64,000 nt of DNA from Alphaproteobacteria bacterium (GTDB taxonomy: Bacteria; Pseudomonadota; Alphaproteobacteria; JAAXGF01). The notes under the pieces are model-generated. The model was not told the origin of the DNA, did not search any database, and saw nothing but the letters and a program-made list of their open reading frames with translations. Positions 33,913-43,283 of this stretch are shown piece after piece. A program made the position numbers and the translations under genes. Where the stretch lies: contig CAUVXB020000002.1 in NCBI GenBank assembly GCA_963555825.3, positions 1,184,001-1,248,000 on the forward strand. The letters are read 5' to 3'. Positions within the stretch are counted from its first letter, which is position 1, and the number at the start of each line of letters is the position of its first letter.

Positions 33913-34479
33913 ATGGACCAACAATCCGGCTTCCTCGAAGGCAAAATGCTCATCGCGATGCCGCAGATGACCGATCCGCGCTTTGCCAGGACGGTCCTGT
34001 TTCTGTGCGCCCACTCAACCGAGGGCGCGATGGGTCTGGTGGTCAACAAGCTGGTCGATTCGATCACCTTCCCTGATCTGTTGAGCCAGCTCAACATCGA
34101 GGTCGGCGACGCCGATGAGAGCATCAGCGTGCATTTCGGCGGCCCGGTCGAATCGGGGCGCGGCTTCGTGCTGCATTCGGACGACTACGTTCAGGAATCG
34201 ACGCTGGTGATCGACGCCGGCGTCGCGCTGACGGCGACCACCGACGTGCTCAAGGCGATCGCGCGCGGCGGCGGGCCCAAGCGCAGCCTGCTGGCGCTCG
34301 GCTATGCCGGCTGGTCGCCCGGCCAGCTCGACGCCGAGATCCAGGCCAACGGCTGGCTGCACGTCGATCCCGACGACGAGCTGATCTTCGGTGACGATCT
34401 CAATGGCAAGTGGGAACAGGCGATCGCCAAGCTGGGCATCGACATGACGTTGTTGTCGAGCGAGGCCGGCCACGCCTGA
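33913..34479 (+). CDS. YqgE/AlgH family protein
   Basis: [46 protein letters not shown]. Confidence 0.93.
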   Translation: MDQQSGFLEGKMLIAMPQMTDPRFARTVLFLCAHSTEGAMGLVVNKLVDSITFPDLLSQLNIEVGDADESISVHFGGPVESGRGFVLHSDDYVQESTLVIDAGVALTATTDVLKAIARGGGPKRSLLALGYAGWSPGQLDAEIQANGWLHVDPDDELIFGDDLNGKWEQAIAKLGIDMTLLSSEAGHA

Positions 34480-34481
34480 TC

Positions 34482-34666
34482 CTAGCGATCGATCTCGGTC
34501 GAAATCTACCAGCCCGCGCCAACCTTATTGGGACAAGAGGGGGGTCGCCGACCGTTCGGCCGGTCCTTATGGGATTAAGAATGGCCTTGTGGGATTAAGA
34601 TTGGCATGCGCGGCGATTGAGCGCAGGTCATCATTACGACGTAAAGATGACCGCGCAAATGGTCTA
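34482..34666 (+). repeat. Structured intergenic repeat family 1, copy D (three inserted mini-hairpins)
   Basis: Starts CTAG; core GCGCGGCGATTGAGCGCAGGTCATC..GATGACCGC; extra CCTT(A/G)TGGGATTAAG-type modules. Confidence 0.88.
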
Positions 34667-35266
34667 TCAGGCCTTCGGGACGCCGCGGTCGCTCGCGAGC
34701 AGCGCAAACAGCAGATGGTCGTGCCAGCGGCCGTTGATGCGCAGGTAATCCCGCGCATAACCCTCTTCGTGAAAATCAAGCTTGCGCAGCAACCCATGAC
34801 TGGCGACGTTGTCCGGCAGACAGGCCGCATCGAGCCGGTGCAGGCCGAGGGTATCGAAGACGAAGGGCAGCAGGCTGGTGATCGCCTCGCACATGAAGCC
34901 CTGGCGCGCGTGTTGCTCGCCGACCCAATAACCCAGACTGCACGACATCGCGACGCCGCGCTGCAGATTGCTCAAGGTCACGCCGCCGAGCAGCGCGTCG
35001 TCGGCGCGCCGGAAGATGAAGAAGGCATAGCCGGTGTCGTCGAGGCTCTCGCGCGCCTGGCGGCGCAGCCGGCGCCGGAACGCGCCGCGGCTTAGTGCGT
35101 CCTTGGGCCATGTCGGCTCCCAGGGTTCGAGGAACGCGCGCGAGGCCGTGCGGATCTTCGACCAGGCGCGCCAGTCGCCGCCGCGCGGCGCGCGCAAGTA
35201 GACACGCGAGCCATAAAGCCGTGCCGAGTGTGTCGTGCCTGAAATCGGTCTGAGAAAGGCGAACAC
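34667..35266 (-). CDS. RimJ/RimL GNAT N-acetyltransferase
   Basis: FLEPWEP, LGYWVG...RQGFM, LHRLDAACLPDN.AS, YLRING.W.DH. Confidence 0.9.
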   Translation of the reverse strand: MFAFLRPISGTTHSARLYGSRVYLRAPRGGDWRAWSKIRTASRAFLEPWEPTWPKDALSRGAFRRRLRRQARESLDDTGYAFFIFRRADDALLGGVTLSNLQRGVAMSCSLGYWVGEQHARQGFMCEAITSLLPFVFDTLGLHRLDAACLPDNVASHGLLRKLDFHEEGYARDYLRINGRWHDHLLFALLASDRGVPKA

Positions 35267-35282
35267 GGCCCGATCCTGGGGC

Positions 35283-36545
35283 TCAGCCGAATCTTTCGGC
35301 GATCTTTTCGTAGGCCTCGACCCGGCCGATCGGGCCGAGCACCGTGACGGTCGGCGCGCCGCCCCCGACCAGGTTCCGCGCGGCGATCTCGATTGCCGCG
35401 CCGTCGACCGCGTCGATCTTGTCGATAATCTCGCTCGCCGGGATCGACCGGCCGAAAATGAGCATCTGCCGGCCGAGCTGCTCGCAGCGCGCCGATGGGC
35501 TTTCCATCGACATCAGCAACGACGCCTTGAGCTGCGCCCTGGCGCGGTCGATCTCGTCGTCGTCGACGCGCTGGGCGATCTTGACGACCTCGTCGCAGAT
35601 CACCGGAACCAGCTCATCGACATGGCTCTCGCCGGCGCCGGCGTAAATGCCGAACAGCCCGCCGTCGACATAGGACGCAGTGAACGAATAGACCGAATAG
35701 GCCAACCCGCGCTTCTCGCGCACCTCTTGGAACAGGCGCGACGACATGCCGCCGCCGAAGGCCGTCGACAGCACCTGCATGGCGTAGAACGACGGGTCGT
35801 CATAGGCGACGCCGTCGAAGCCCATGACCAGGTGAATCTGCTCGAGGCTCTGGTCGCGGCGCGTGTCGCCGCCGGCGTATTCGGCCGGCTCGACCGCGCG
35901 GCCGTCGTGACGCGGCAGGGCGTCGAAGGCGTGGCGGTTGAGCTCGACGAAGTCGTCGTGGTCGACCCGCCCGGCCGCCACGGCGACCATGCCGCCGGCG
36001 CCGTAATGATCCTTCATGTAGCCGAACACGTCATCGCGCGAGAATCCGCCGACGCTCTCGACCGTGCCCAGAATCGAGCGACCGAGCGGTTGGTCGGGAT
36101 AGGCGGTCTCCTGGAACAGATCGAAGATGACGTCGTCGGGCGTGTCGTGGACCTGGGCGATCTCCTGCATGACGACCTCGCGCTCGCGCTCGAGCTCGTC
36201 CTCCGGCATCACCGTGTGCTGCAGGATATCGGCCAGGATGTCGACGGCGAGCGGCACGTGCTCCTTGAGCACGCGGGCGACGAAGGCGGTCTGCTCGCGC
36301 GAGGTATAGGCGTTGAGGTGGCCGCCGACCGATTCGATCTCCTCGACAATGGCGAGCGCGCTGCGCCGTTCGGTACCCTTGAACGCCATGTGCTCCAAGA
36401 GATGCGAGATGCCGTTGAGCTCGCGCCGCTCGTCGCGCGCGCCGGCATTGACCCAGACGCCGACCGCCGCGGTCTCGAGACCCGGCATGTCGACGGTGGC
36501 GACCCGCAGGCCGTTTTCGAGTGTGGTGACGCGCGGCTCGGTCAT
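35283..36545 (-). CDS. M16 family zinc peptidase
   Basis: Inverted zinc motif HLLEHMAFKGT, NAYTSRE, GGGMSSRLFQEVREKRGL. Confidence 0.94.
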   Translation of the reverse strand: MTEPRVTTLENGLRVATVDMPGLETAAVGVWVNAGARDERRELNGISHLLEHMAFKGTERRSALAIVEEIESVGGHLNAYTSREQTAFVARVLKEHVPLAVDILADILQHTVMPEDELEREREVVMQEIAQVHDTPDDVIFDLFQETAYPDQPLGRSILGTVESVGGFSRDDVFGYMKDHYGAGGMVAVAAGRVDHDDFVELNRHAFDALPRHDGRAVEPAEYAGGDTRRDQSLEQIHLVMGFDGVAYDDPSFYAMQVLSTAFGGGMSSRLFQEVREKRGLAYSVYSFTASYVDGGLFGIYAGAGESHVDELVPVICDEVVKIAQRVDDDEIDRARAQLKASLLMSMESPSARCEQLGRQMLIFGRSIPASEIIDKIDAVDGAAIEIAARNLVGGGAPTVTVLGPIGRVEAYEKIAERFG

Positions 36546-37960
36546 GCTGCGCCCTTCGTCCTGTTTCCGGTATCCACTGCGCCGCGGATGTAGCGCATCA
36601 CGGCGGCGAGGTCGTTTGGCAGGGTCTGACAGCGTTCGGGTCGGTCGTAAAGGCCGGCGAGATGCGCCGGCAGTTCGGGCCGTACACCGGTGGCGCGTTC
36701 GACTGCTTCGGGGAACTTCGATGGGTGCGCCGTCGCCAGCGCGATCATCGGCACGCCCGCGTCGCCCCGGCGGGCGCGCCCGGCGGCGACGCCGATGGCG
36801 CTGTGCGGATCGATCAGCATGCCGGTTTCGCGATGGATGCGGCCGATTTCGGCCTCGGTGCCGGCGTCGTCGAGGTGGTGGGCGGCGAACAGGCCGCGCG
36901 CCGCATCGAGCCGCGCCGGCTCGATCTCGAAGGCGCCGTCGGCGGCGAGCCCGGCCATCAGCCCGGCGACCGCCGCGCCGTCGCCGTCGTAGAGGTCGAA
37001 CAACAGGCGCTCGAAGTTGCTCGCCACCTGGATGTCCATGCTCGGGCTCAGCGTCGGCACGACCTCGGCGACCTCATAACGGCCGCTGGTCAGCACGCGG
37101 GCGAGGATGTCGTTGGTGTTGGTGCCGACGATCAGGCGGTCGATCGGCAGACCCATCTTATGCGCGGCATAGCCGGCGAAGACGTCGCCGAAGTTGCCCG
37201 TCGGCACCGCGAAAGCGACCTTGCGGTGCGGCGCGCCGAGCGCCACGGCGGCCGAGAAATAGTAGACGATCTGCGCCATGACGCGCGCCCAGTTGATCGA
37301 GTTGACCGCCGACATGCCGATCTCGTCGCGGAAGCCGGTGTCGGCGAACATCGCCTTCAACAGCGCCTGGCAATCGTCGAAATGACCCTCGATCGCGATG
37401 TTGTGGACGTTGGCCGCGTCGACCGTCGTCATCTGGCGGCGCTGCACCTCGGTGACGCGGCCCTCGGGGTGCAGGATGAAGATCTCGACGTTCGGCCGGT
37501 CGCGGCACGCCTCGATGGCGGCGGCGCCGGTGTCGCCCGAGGTCGCGCCGACGATGGTGACGCGCTCGCCGCGCTCGGCCAGCACATGGGAGAACAGGCG
37601 GCCCAGAAGCTGCAGGCCGACATCCTTGAACGCGAGCGTCGGCCCGTGGAACAGTTCGACCAGCCAGTCGTTGTCGTCGATCTGGCGCAACGGCGCGACC
37701 GCGGCGTGGCCGAAGCCGGCGTAAGCGTCCTCGATCATGCGCGCGAAGGCGGCCGGCGCGATCGCGTCGCCGACCAGCGGCGTCATCACGCGCATGGCGA
37801 GGTCGGCATAGCGCAAGCCGGCGAAACCGGCGATCTCGTCGGTCGTGAAGCGCGGCCAGCTTTCGGGCACATAGAGCCCGCCGTCGCGCGCCAGGCCGGC
37901 GAGCACGACGTCGTCGAACGCGAGTCGCGGCGCGGTGCCGCGCGTACTGACGTAGCTCAA
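36542..37960 (-). CDS. thrC: Threonine synthase
   Basis: YVSTRG, GLARDGGLYVP, ELFHGPTLAFKD, ATSGDTG, NSINWAR, VPTGNFGD. Confidence 0.96.
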   Translation of the reverse strand: MSYVSTRGTAPRLAFDDVVLAGLARDGGLYVPESWPRFTTDEIAGFAGLRYADLAMRVMTPLVGDAIAPAAFARMIEDAYAGFGHAAVAPLRQIDDNDWLVELFHGPTLAFKDVGLQLLGRLFSHVLAERGERVTIVGATSGDTGAAAIEACRDRPNVEIFILHPEGRVTEVQRRQMTTVDAANVHNIAIEGHFDDCQALLKAMFADTGFRDEIGMSAVNSINWARVMAQIVYYFSAAVALGAPHRKVAFAVPTGNFGDVFAGYAAHKMGLPIDRLIVGTNTNDILARVLTSGRYEVAEVVPTLSPSMDIQVASNFERLLFDLYDGDGAAVAGLMAGLAADGAFEIEPARLDAARGLFAAHHLDDAGTEAEIGRIHRETGMLIDPHSAIGVAAGRARRGDAGVPMIALATAHPSKFPEAVERATGVRPELPAHLAGLYDRPERCQTLPNDLAAVMRYIRGAVDTGNRTKGAA

Positions 37961-38052
37961 ACGTTGCCCTCCCCGCCGCGTTCGGCGCGGCTTGGGCTAA
38001 GACTATCGGCCCGGCGAGGCGGTTACAAGCCGTCAGGGTTGGCCGCGAGGCG

Positions 38053-38490
38053 CTAGCGCGCGTCGCCGCCGCAGCAGGCGGTGTCGGCGGCGACCAGGTC
38101 GTCGAGGCTCGCCTCGTCGCCGTAAACCGTCGCGCTGCCGGTCGTCAGGAACGCCTCCCACGGCACGCCGTCCGGATCGGCGATCCACGCCTTGGTCGAG
38201 CGCGCGTAACAGCACGTCGTCTCGGCGAGTTCGCGCATCGGCCGCTCGGCCGCCGTCATGCGCCGATGCAGTTCGTCGAGCTCGTCCGGGTCCTCGACTT
38301 GGATGCCCAGGTGGTTGAGGCCGACGGTCTGCTTGGCCGGCATGATCGAGAAGTTGACGCGCGGGTCGTCGAGCATCCATTTGGCGTAGTCGTCCTTGCA
38401 AACCGTCGGCGGCGCGCCGAAGACGGTCGAGTAGAAGCCGACCGAGGCGTCGAGATCGGTAACCGAGAGCGAGACGTGAAGACGCTTCAT
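38053..38490 (-). CDS. ArsI/CadI family VOC metalloenzyme (putative C-As lyase)
   Basis: MKRLHV, DYAKWMLDDPRVNF, HLGIQV, vicinal TTCCYA, DPDGVPWE. Confidence 0.88.
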   Translation of the reverse strand: MKRLHVSLSVTDLDASVGFYSTVFGAPPTVCKDDYAKWMLDDPRVNFSIMPAKQTVGLNHLGIQVEDPDELDELHRRMTAAERPMRELAETTCCYARSTKAWIADPDGVPWEAFLTTGSATVYGDEASLDDLVAADTACCGGDAR

Positions 38491-38828
38491 GGCGATATCC
38501 TCCGTGGTTCCCTTGGCCGTGTCGTCGGCCGGCAGGCCGCCGCACCGGCCTGACAACAGTTGGCGAGCAGATAGCCCATCAGCCCGTCGATGGCGTCGAA
38601 ACGCGCGGCGTAGATGATCGAGCGGCCGTCGCGCCGTGAGCCGACCAGACCGGCATGCGCGAGCCGCGTCAGGTGGAACGAGAGCGTCGCCGGCGCGACG
38701 CCGAGGCGCGCGCCGATGTCGCCCGCGGCCCTGCCCTCGGGGCCGGCTTCGACCAGCAGGCGGAAGGCCGCGAGCCGTGACTCATGGGCCAGGGCGGCGA
38801 GGGCTGAAATGGCAGCATTCGTTTCCAT
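38487..38828 (-). CDS. arsR: ArsR/SmtB transcriptional repressor (C-terminal CC type)
   Basis: ALAHESRL, TLSFHL, RRDGRSIIY, NCC. Confidence 0.9.
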   Translation of the reverse strand: METNAAISALAALAHESRLAAFRLLVEAGPEGRAAGDIGARLGVAPATLSFHLTRLAHAGLVGSRRDGRSIIYAARFDAIDGLMGYLLANCCQAGAAACRPTTRPREPRRISP

Positions 38829-38848
38829 ATTTCTATAATTATTAAAAT
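38829..38848. promoter_or_regulatory. Candidate ArsR operator
   Basis: Imperfect AT-rich palindrome ATTTCTATAATTATTAAAAT abutting the arsR ATG. Confidence 0.6.
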
Positions 38849-38955
38849 AAATCGATGCGTCAAGAGCCGGACTGAAAAATATCTGCGGTCACGCGCACCG
38901 ACTTTGCGCATTATGTGGAAAATCGACGCGACTGGTTGACAGGGAGGACCCGGCG

Positions 38956-40587
38956 ATGACGGAGGCCAAGGCCGAGCTGATCCTGAAGAACGGGCGTATC
39001 TGGCGCGGCGCCGGCCTGGGCGTCACCGAGGCGCTCGCGGCGGCCGACGGCGTCATCATGGCGACCGGCGCCGACGACGAGGTCGGGGCGCTCGCCGGGC
39101 CTGACACCGTGACCATCGACCTGCGTGGCCGGCTCGCAATCCCGGGTTTCTACGACGCCCATATGCACCTGCTGCCGCTCGGCCTGACGCTCGGCGAGAT
39201 CGACGCGCGTCCCGCGGCCGCGCCGACCATGGATGCGCTGATCGACCGGGTGCGCCGCCACGTCGCCGACCTCGCGCCCGGCGCCTGGGCATTCGGCCGC
39301 GGCTACGACCACCACCTGATCGCCGAGCGCCGCCATCCGACGCGCGACGACCTCGACGCCGCGGCACCCGACAACCCGGTCTATATCAAGCGCACCTGCG
39401 GCCACATGGGCGTCGCCAACTCGGCCGCGCTGGCGCTCGCCGGGGTCGATCAGGGCTCGGCCCAGCCGCCCGGCGGCCATATCGAGCGGCGCGACGGCCG
39501 GCCGACCGGGCTGTTGCAGGAGCGCGCCCAGCAGTGCATCTTCGACGTCATGCCACCGCCGTCGTCGGACGCGCTGACCGCCGCCGTCGAGGACGCAAGC
39601 CGCCTGATGCTCGCCCAGGGCATCACCTCGGCGATGGACGCCGGCGTCGGCATGCGCGCCGGCTTCGCCGAATACCGCGCCTACGCCCGCGCCCGCGACG
39701 AAGGCCGCCTGCCGATGCGCGCCTATCTGTGCTTGGTCGGCGGCCCCAACGGCATCGTCGAGGAGGCCTACGCCGAGGGCCTGGTCACCGGCGTCGGCGA
39801 CGAGCGGCTCAAGGTCGGCCCGATCAAGATCTTCACCGACGGCAGCGCCGGCGGGCGCACCGCGGCGATGCGCGAGGCTTACGTCGGCGACGACTGCGAC
39901 TGCGGCATGTTCCTGTTCGGAGACGACGACATGAACGACATGGCGATGGACTACCACGTCAAGGGCTATCAGCTCGGCGTCCATGCGATCGGCGACGCGG
40001 CGATCGACCAGACGCTCGCGGCGGTCGGCCGCGCGATGGCCGCGCACCCGGTCGTCGACCGGCGCCACCGCATCGAGCACTGCGGCTTCATCCACCCCGA
40101 ACAGATCGCCGAGATGGTGCGTCTCGGCATGGTGCCGGTGCCGCAGCCGATCTTCATCCACCAATTCGGCGACGCCTATGTCGAGGTGCTGGGCGAGGAA
40201 CGGCCGGCGAGCGCCTATCCGATGGCGAGCTGGATCGCCGCCGGTCTCAAGCCCGCGGCGAGCACCGACGCGCCGGTCTCCGACTACAATCCGTTCCTCA
40301 ACGTCTACGCCACGCTGACGCGCGCCGCGGCGAGCGGCCGCGTGATCGGCGCCGACCAATGCATCGGCATCGAGGCGGCGCTGACCGCGATGACCTACAA
40401 CGGCGCCTACGCGGGTTTCTCGGAAACGACCCGCGGCACAATCGAGACCGGCAAGCTGGCCGACATCGCGGTCATCGACACCGATCTGTTGCGCGCCAAC
40501 CCCGACGAGATCCGCGCCGCCCAGGCCGACCTCACCGTGCTCGGCGGCGACGTGGTCCACGACCGCCTGGGCGAGGCCAGCAGTTGA
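38956..40587 (+). CDS. Amidohydrolase 3 family (YtcJ-like) metal-dependent hydrolase
   Basis: PGFYDAHMH, K.FTDGS, HAIGD, RHRIEHC, STDAPV, GKLAD. Confidence 0.9.
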   Translation: MTEAKAELILKNGRIWRGAGLGVTEALAAADGVIMATGADDEVGALAGPDTVTIDLRGRLAIPGFYDAHMHLLPLGLTLGEIDARPAAAPTMDALIDRVRRHVADLAPGAWAFGRGYDHHLIAERRHPTRDDLDAAAPDNPVYIKRTCGHMGVANSAALALAGVDQGSAQPPGGHIERRDGRPTGLLQERAQQCIFDVMPPPSSDALTAAVEDASRLMLAQGITSAMDAGVGMRAGFAEYRAYARARDEGRLPMRAYLCLVGGPNGIVEEAYAEGLVTGVGDERLKVGPIKIFTDGSAGGRTAAMREAYVGDDCDCGMFLFGDDDMNDMAMDYHVKGYQLGVHAIGDAAIDQTLAAVGRAMAAHPVVDRRHRIEHCGFIHPEQIAEMVRLGMVPVPQPIFIHQFGDAYVEVLGEERPASAYPMASWIAAGLKPAASTDAPVSDYNPFLNVYATLTRAAASGRVIGADQCIGIEAALTAMTYNGAYAGFSETTRGTIETGKLADIAVIDTDLLRANPDEIRAAQADLTVLGGDVVHDRLGEASS

Positions 40588-40663
40588 TCGGCGCAGGTCG
40601 GGCAATCGATCGGTCGCTCGGGCTTGAAACGTACGGGCGCCATACGGGACACTATGCGGCGCC

Positions 40664-41131
40664 ATGACCAGGAAACGTCTGCTCATCGTCGCCCACGCGC
40701 CGTCGCCCAGGACCCGTCGGCTGCGCGACGCCGTCGTCGAGGGCGCGACGTCGGACGACATCGAAAACGTCGAGGTCGTCGCGCTCGCACCGCTCGACGC
40801 CGGGCCCGAGGACGTCTTGGCGGCCAGCGCGATCATCCTTGGAACGACCGAGAACCTCGGCTACATGAGCGGCGCGCTCAAGGACTTCTTCGATCGCAGC
40901 TACTATCCGTGCCTCGAGAAGACCCAGGCGCTGCCCTATTGCCTTTACATCCGCGCGGGCCACGACGGCACCGGGACACGGCGCGGCGTCGAGACGATCG
41001 TCGCCGGCCTGCGCTGGCGCGCCGTCCAGGAACCGCTGGTCTGCCGCGGCGAATGGCGCGACGCGTTCGTCGAGCAGTGCCGTGAGCTGGGCGCCGCGAT
41101 GGCCGCCGGCCTCGACGCCGGAATCTTCTAG
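40664..41131 (+). CDS. Flavodoxin-like protein
   Basis: LLIVAHAPS, GTTENLGYMSGALKDFFDR, DGTGT. Confidence 0.85.
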   Translation: MTRKRLLIVAHAPSPRTRRLRDAVVEGATSDDIENVEVVALAPLDAGPEDVLAASAIILGTTENLGYMSGALKDFFDRSYYPCLEKTQALPYCLYIRAGHDGTGTRRGVETIVAGLRWRAVQEPLVCRGEWRDAFVEQCRELGAAMAAGLDAGIF

Positions 41132-41208
41132 GCCGCGCCTTCGCCGGGCCAACGCCGGCGACCGCCCATCACCGAGACCACGCGCAAACCGTCGCTGCAC
41201 AATCAATC

Positions 41209-41278
41209 AGTGTCAGACACTATTTTAAGATATTGACATAACATGCTTCTACTGAGACAAAGGTGTCTGACACCTTTT
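41209..41278. repeat. Inverted pair of short palindromes (REPIN-like)
   Basis: AGTGTC-A-GACACT (41209-41221) and AAAGGTGTC-T-GACACCTTT (41259-41277) with an AT-rich spacer. Confidence 0.7.
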
Positions 41279-41406
41279 TATCTTATATTCGGGTTGTGAA
41301 GGTCGATGCGGCGCCTCGGGGCTACTGCGCGTCGTCGATTTCGATGGACCGGACGGCCGTTGTGCTGCATAAGCGCGGGCGTTTCACCTCGGTCATTGGA
41401 TGGGCC

Positions 41407-42675
41407 ATGTTCGCGGCAGTTCGCGGCTCCTGGGCGCTTTTTCTCGGCATGGCGTTCCTGATGCTCGGCAACGGGCTGCAGGCAACGCTGCTGGGCGTGC
41501 GCGCGACCTTCGACGGTTTCGCGCCGGCGACCATCGGGCTGATCATGTCGGGCTACTACATCGGCTTCCTGGCCGGCTCGACGCTGGCGCCCAGGATCGT
41601 CCAGCGCGTCGGCCACGTTCGGGTGTTCGCGGCGCTCGCCTCGCTCGCCTCGGCCGCGGCGCTGGTCTACGCCGTGTTCGTCGATCCGTTCACCTGGATG
41701 GCCATGCGCATCGTCACCGGCTTCTGCCTCGCCGGGCTCTACGTCGTCGCCGAGAGCTGGCTCAACGACCGCGCGACCAACGAGACGCGCGGCCAGCTCC
41801 TGTCGATCTACATGGTCGTCCAGCTGGGCGCCTTCTCGGGCGGCCAACTGCTGCTCAACGTCGCCGATCCGGGCGGCTTCGAGCTGTTCATCCTGGTCTC
41901 GGTGGTGGTCTCGCTGGCGCTCGTGCCGACCTCGCTCACCGCCGTGCCGACGCCCAGTTTCGACACGCCGTCGCACGTCAGTCTCAAGCAGCTCTACCGC
42001 ATATCGCCGCTCGGCGTGGTCGGCTCGCTGGGCACCGGCATGGCGCATGGCGCGCTGATCGGCATGGGCGCGGTCTACGGCGCCTCGGCCGGGCTCAGCG
42101 TGGCCGAGATTTCGATCCTGATCGCGCTCACCTTCCTCGGCGGCATGGTGCTGCAGTGGCCGATCGGCCGGCTTTCCGACCGTTTCGACCGCCGCCGCGT
42201 GCTCACCGCGATCACCTTCCTCGCCGCGCTCAGCGCGCTCGGCGCCATCGCCGCCGCCGAGGTCGACGTCTGGGCCCTGTTCGCGCTGATCGCGCTGTTC
42301 GGCGGGCTGTCGCTGCCGATGTATTCGCTGTGCCTCGCACACACCAACGACTTCCTCGAGCCCAAGCAGATGGTCGCGGCGTCGGGCACGCTGGTGCTGG
42401 TCGTGGGCATCGGCGCGATCATGGGGCCGATCGCCGCCGCCGGGCTGATGTCGGCGGTCGGGCCGTCGGGCTGGTTCTGGTGCCTCGGCGCGGTGCACGC
42501 GGCGATCGGCGGCTTCGCGGTTTACCGTATGAAGGCACGCCCCGCCGTGCCGCTCGACGAACAGGGCGAATGCATCGCCGTGCCGCCGCAGGCCTCGCCG
42601 CTCGCCGCGGCGCTCAGCCCGGTCTCGATGCCCGACGTGATGGACGGCGATCTCGCGCGCACGGTGCGGCGCTAA
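41407..42675 (+). CDS. MFS transporter (YcaD-like)
   Basis: LGNGLQ.TL, ESWLN....NETRG, QWPIGRLSDRFDRR, AHTND. Confidence 0.9.
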   Translation: MFAAVRGSWALFLGMAFLMLGNGLQATLLGVRATFDGFAPATIGLIMSGYYIGFLAGSTLAPRIVQRVGHVRVFAALASLASAAALVYAVFVDPFTWMAMRIVTGFCLAGLYVVAESWLNDRATNETRGQLLSIYMVVQLGAFSGGQLLLNVADPGGFELFILVSVVVSLALVPTSLTAVPTPSFDTPSHVSLKQLYRISPLGVVGSLGTGMAHGALIGMGAVYGASAGLSVAEISILIALTFLGGMVLQWPIGRLSDRFDRRRVLTAITFLAALSALGAIAAAEVDVWALFALIALFGGLSLPMYSLCLAHTNDFLEPKQMVAASGTLVLVVGIGAIMGPIAAAGLMSAVGPSGWFWCLGAVHAAIGGFAVYRMKARPAVPLDEQGECIAVPPQASPLAAALSPVSMPDVMDGDLARTVRR

Positions 42676-42748
42676 ACGCGTGGTCTGAAGCCGCACGCCG
42701 CGCTCGGCGTGCGCGGCTCCGATGATAGCCGGGATTGCCCGGATCGGC

Positions 42749-43159
42749 TCAGTCGGTTCCCACGGCAAAGAGGATGACGCCGCCGACGACGACGCCGATC
42801 GGGATGAGGTATTCGCTGGTCAGCGTGCCGGTGCCGTTTTCGTCATCATCGGTCGCATACAGCGCCTGGCCGGACTGCTGTAGATTGACGCCGTTGAGGT
42901 TGAACGTCGTCACGCCGTCGAGGTTGTAGCTGAGGTCGATGAAGTTTGGCGGCAGCGGCGTCCCGTTGTCGACGAACATGCGCCCGTCGGTGCGGTCGAC
43001 ACGAAAGCCGAAACGCGGCGTCGCGTCGCTCTTGGCCGACCCGCCGAACGGAATCGTGACGTAGATCTCGGCGCGCGAGTTGCCGAACGGATCGAAGGCG
43101 AACGCGTGACCCGACGCGAGCCCAAGCGCCGTCAGCGCGACGACAAACAGCTTTTTCAT
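42749..43159 (-). CDS. Hypothetical exported protein with C-terminal hydrophobic segment
   Basis: MKKLF...AFA signal peptide; C-terminal LIPIGVVVGGVILFAV. Confidence 0.6.
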   Translation of the reverse strand: MKKLFVVALTALGLASGHAFAFDPFGNSRAEIYVTIPFGGSAKSDATPRFGFRVDRTDGRMFVDNGTPLPPNFIDLSYNLDGVTTFNLNGVNLQQSGQALYATDDDENGTGTLTSEYLIPIGVVVGGVILFAVGTD

Positions 43160-43283
43160 TACAAGGCCCCCTTGCGACCCTCTCAAACCCCCGGATCGCA
43201 CCGCCTGCGACCCGGCCAGAGCCTACCTGACGCAGCGCAACTGTCAAGTTTGACGGCGCGGCGTTACCCGGCCGCCGAACCGC

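Noticed and set aside
38900-38925. DnaA-box-like TGTGGAAAA / dif-like TTTGCGCATTATGT
   Set aside because: Single isolated match without a full XerC/XerD arrangement
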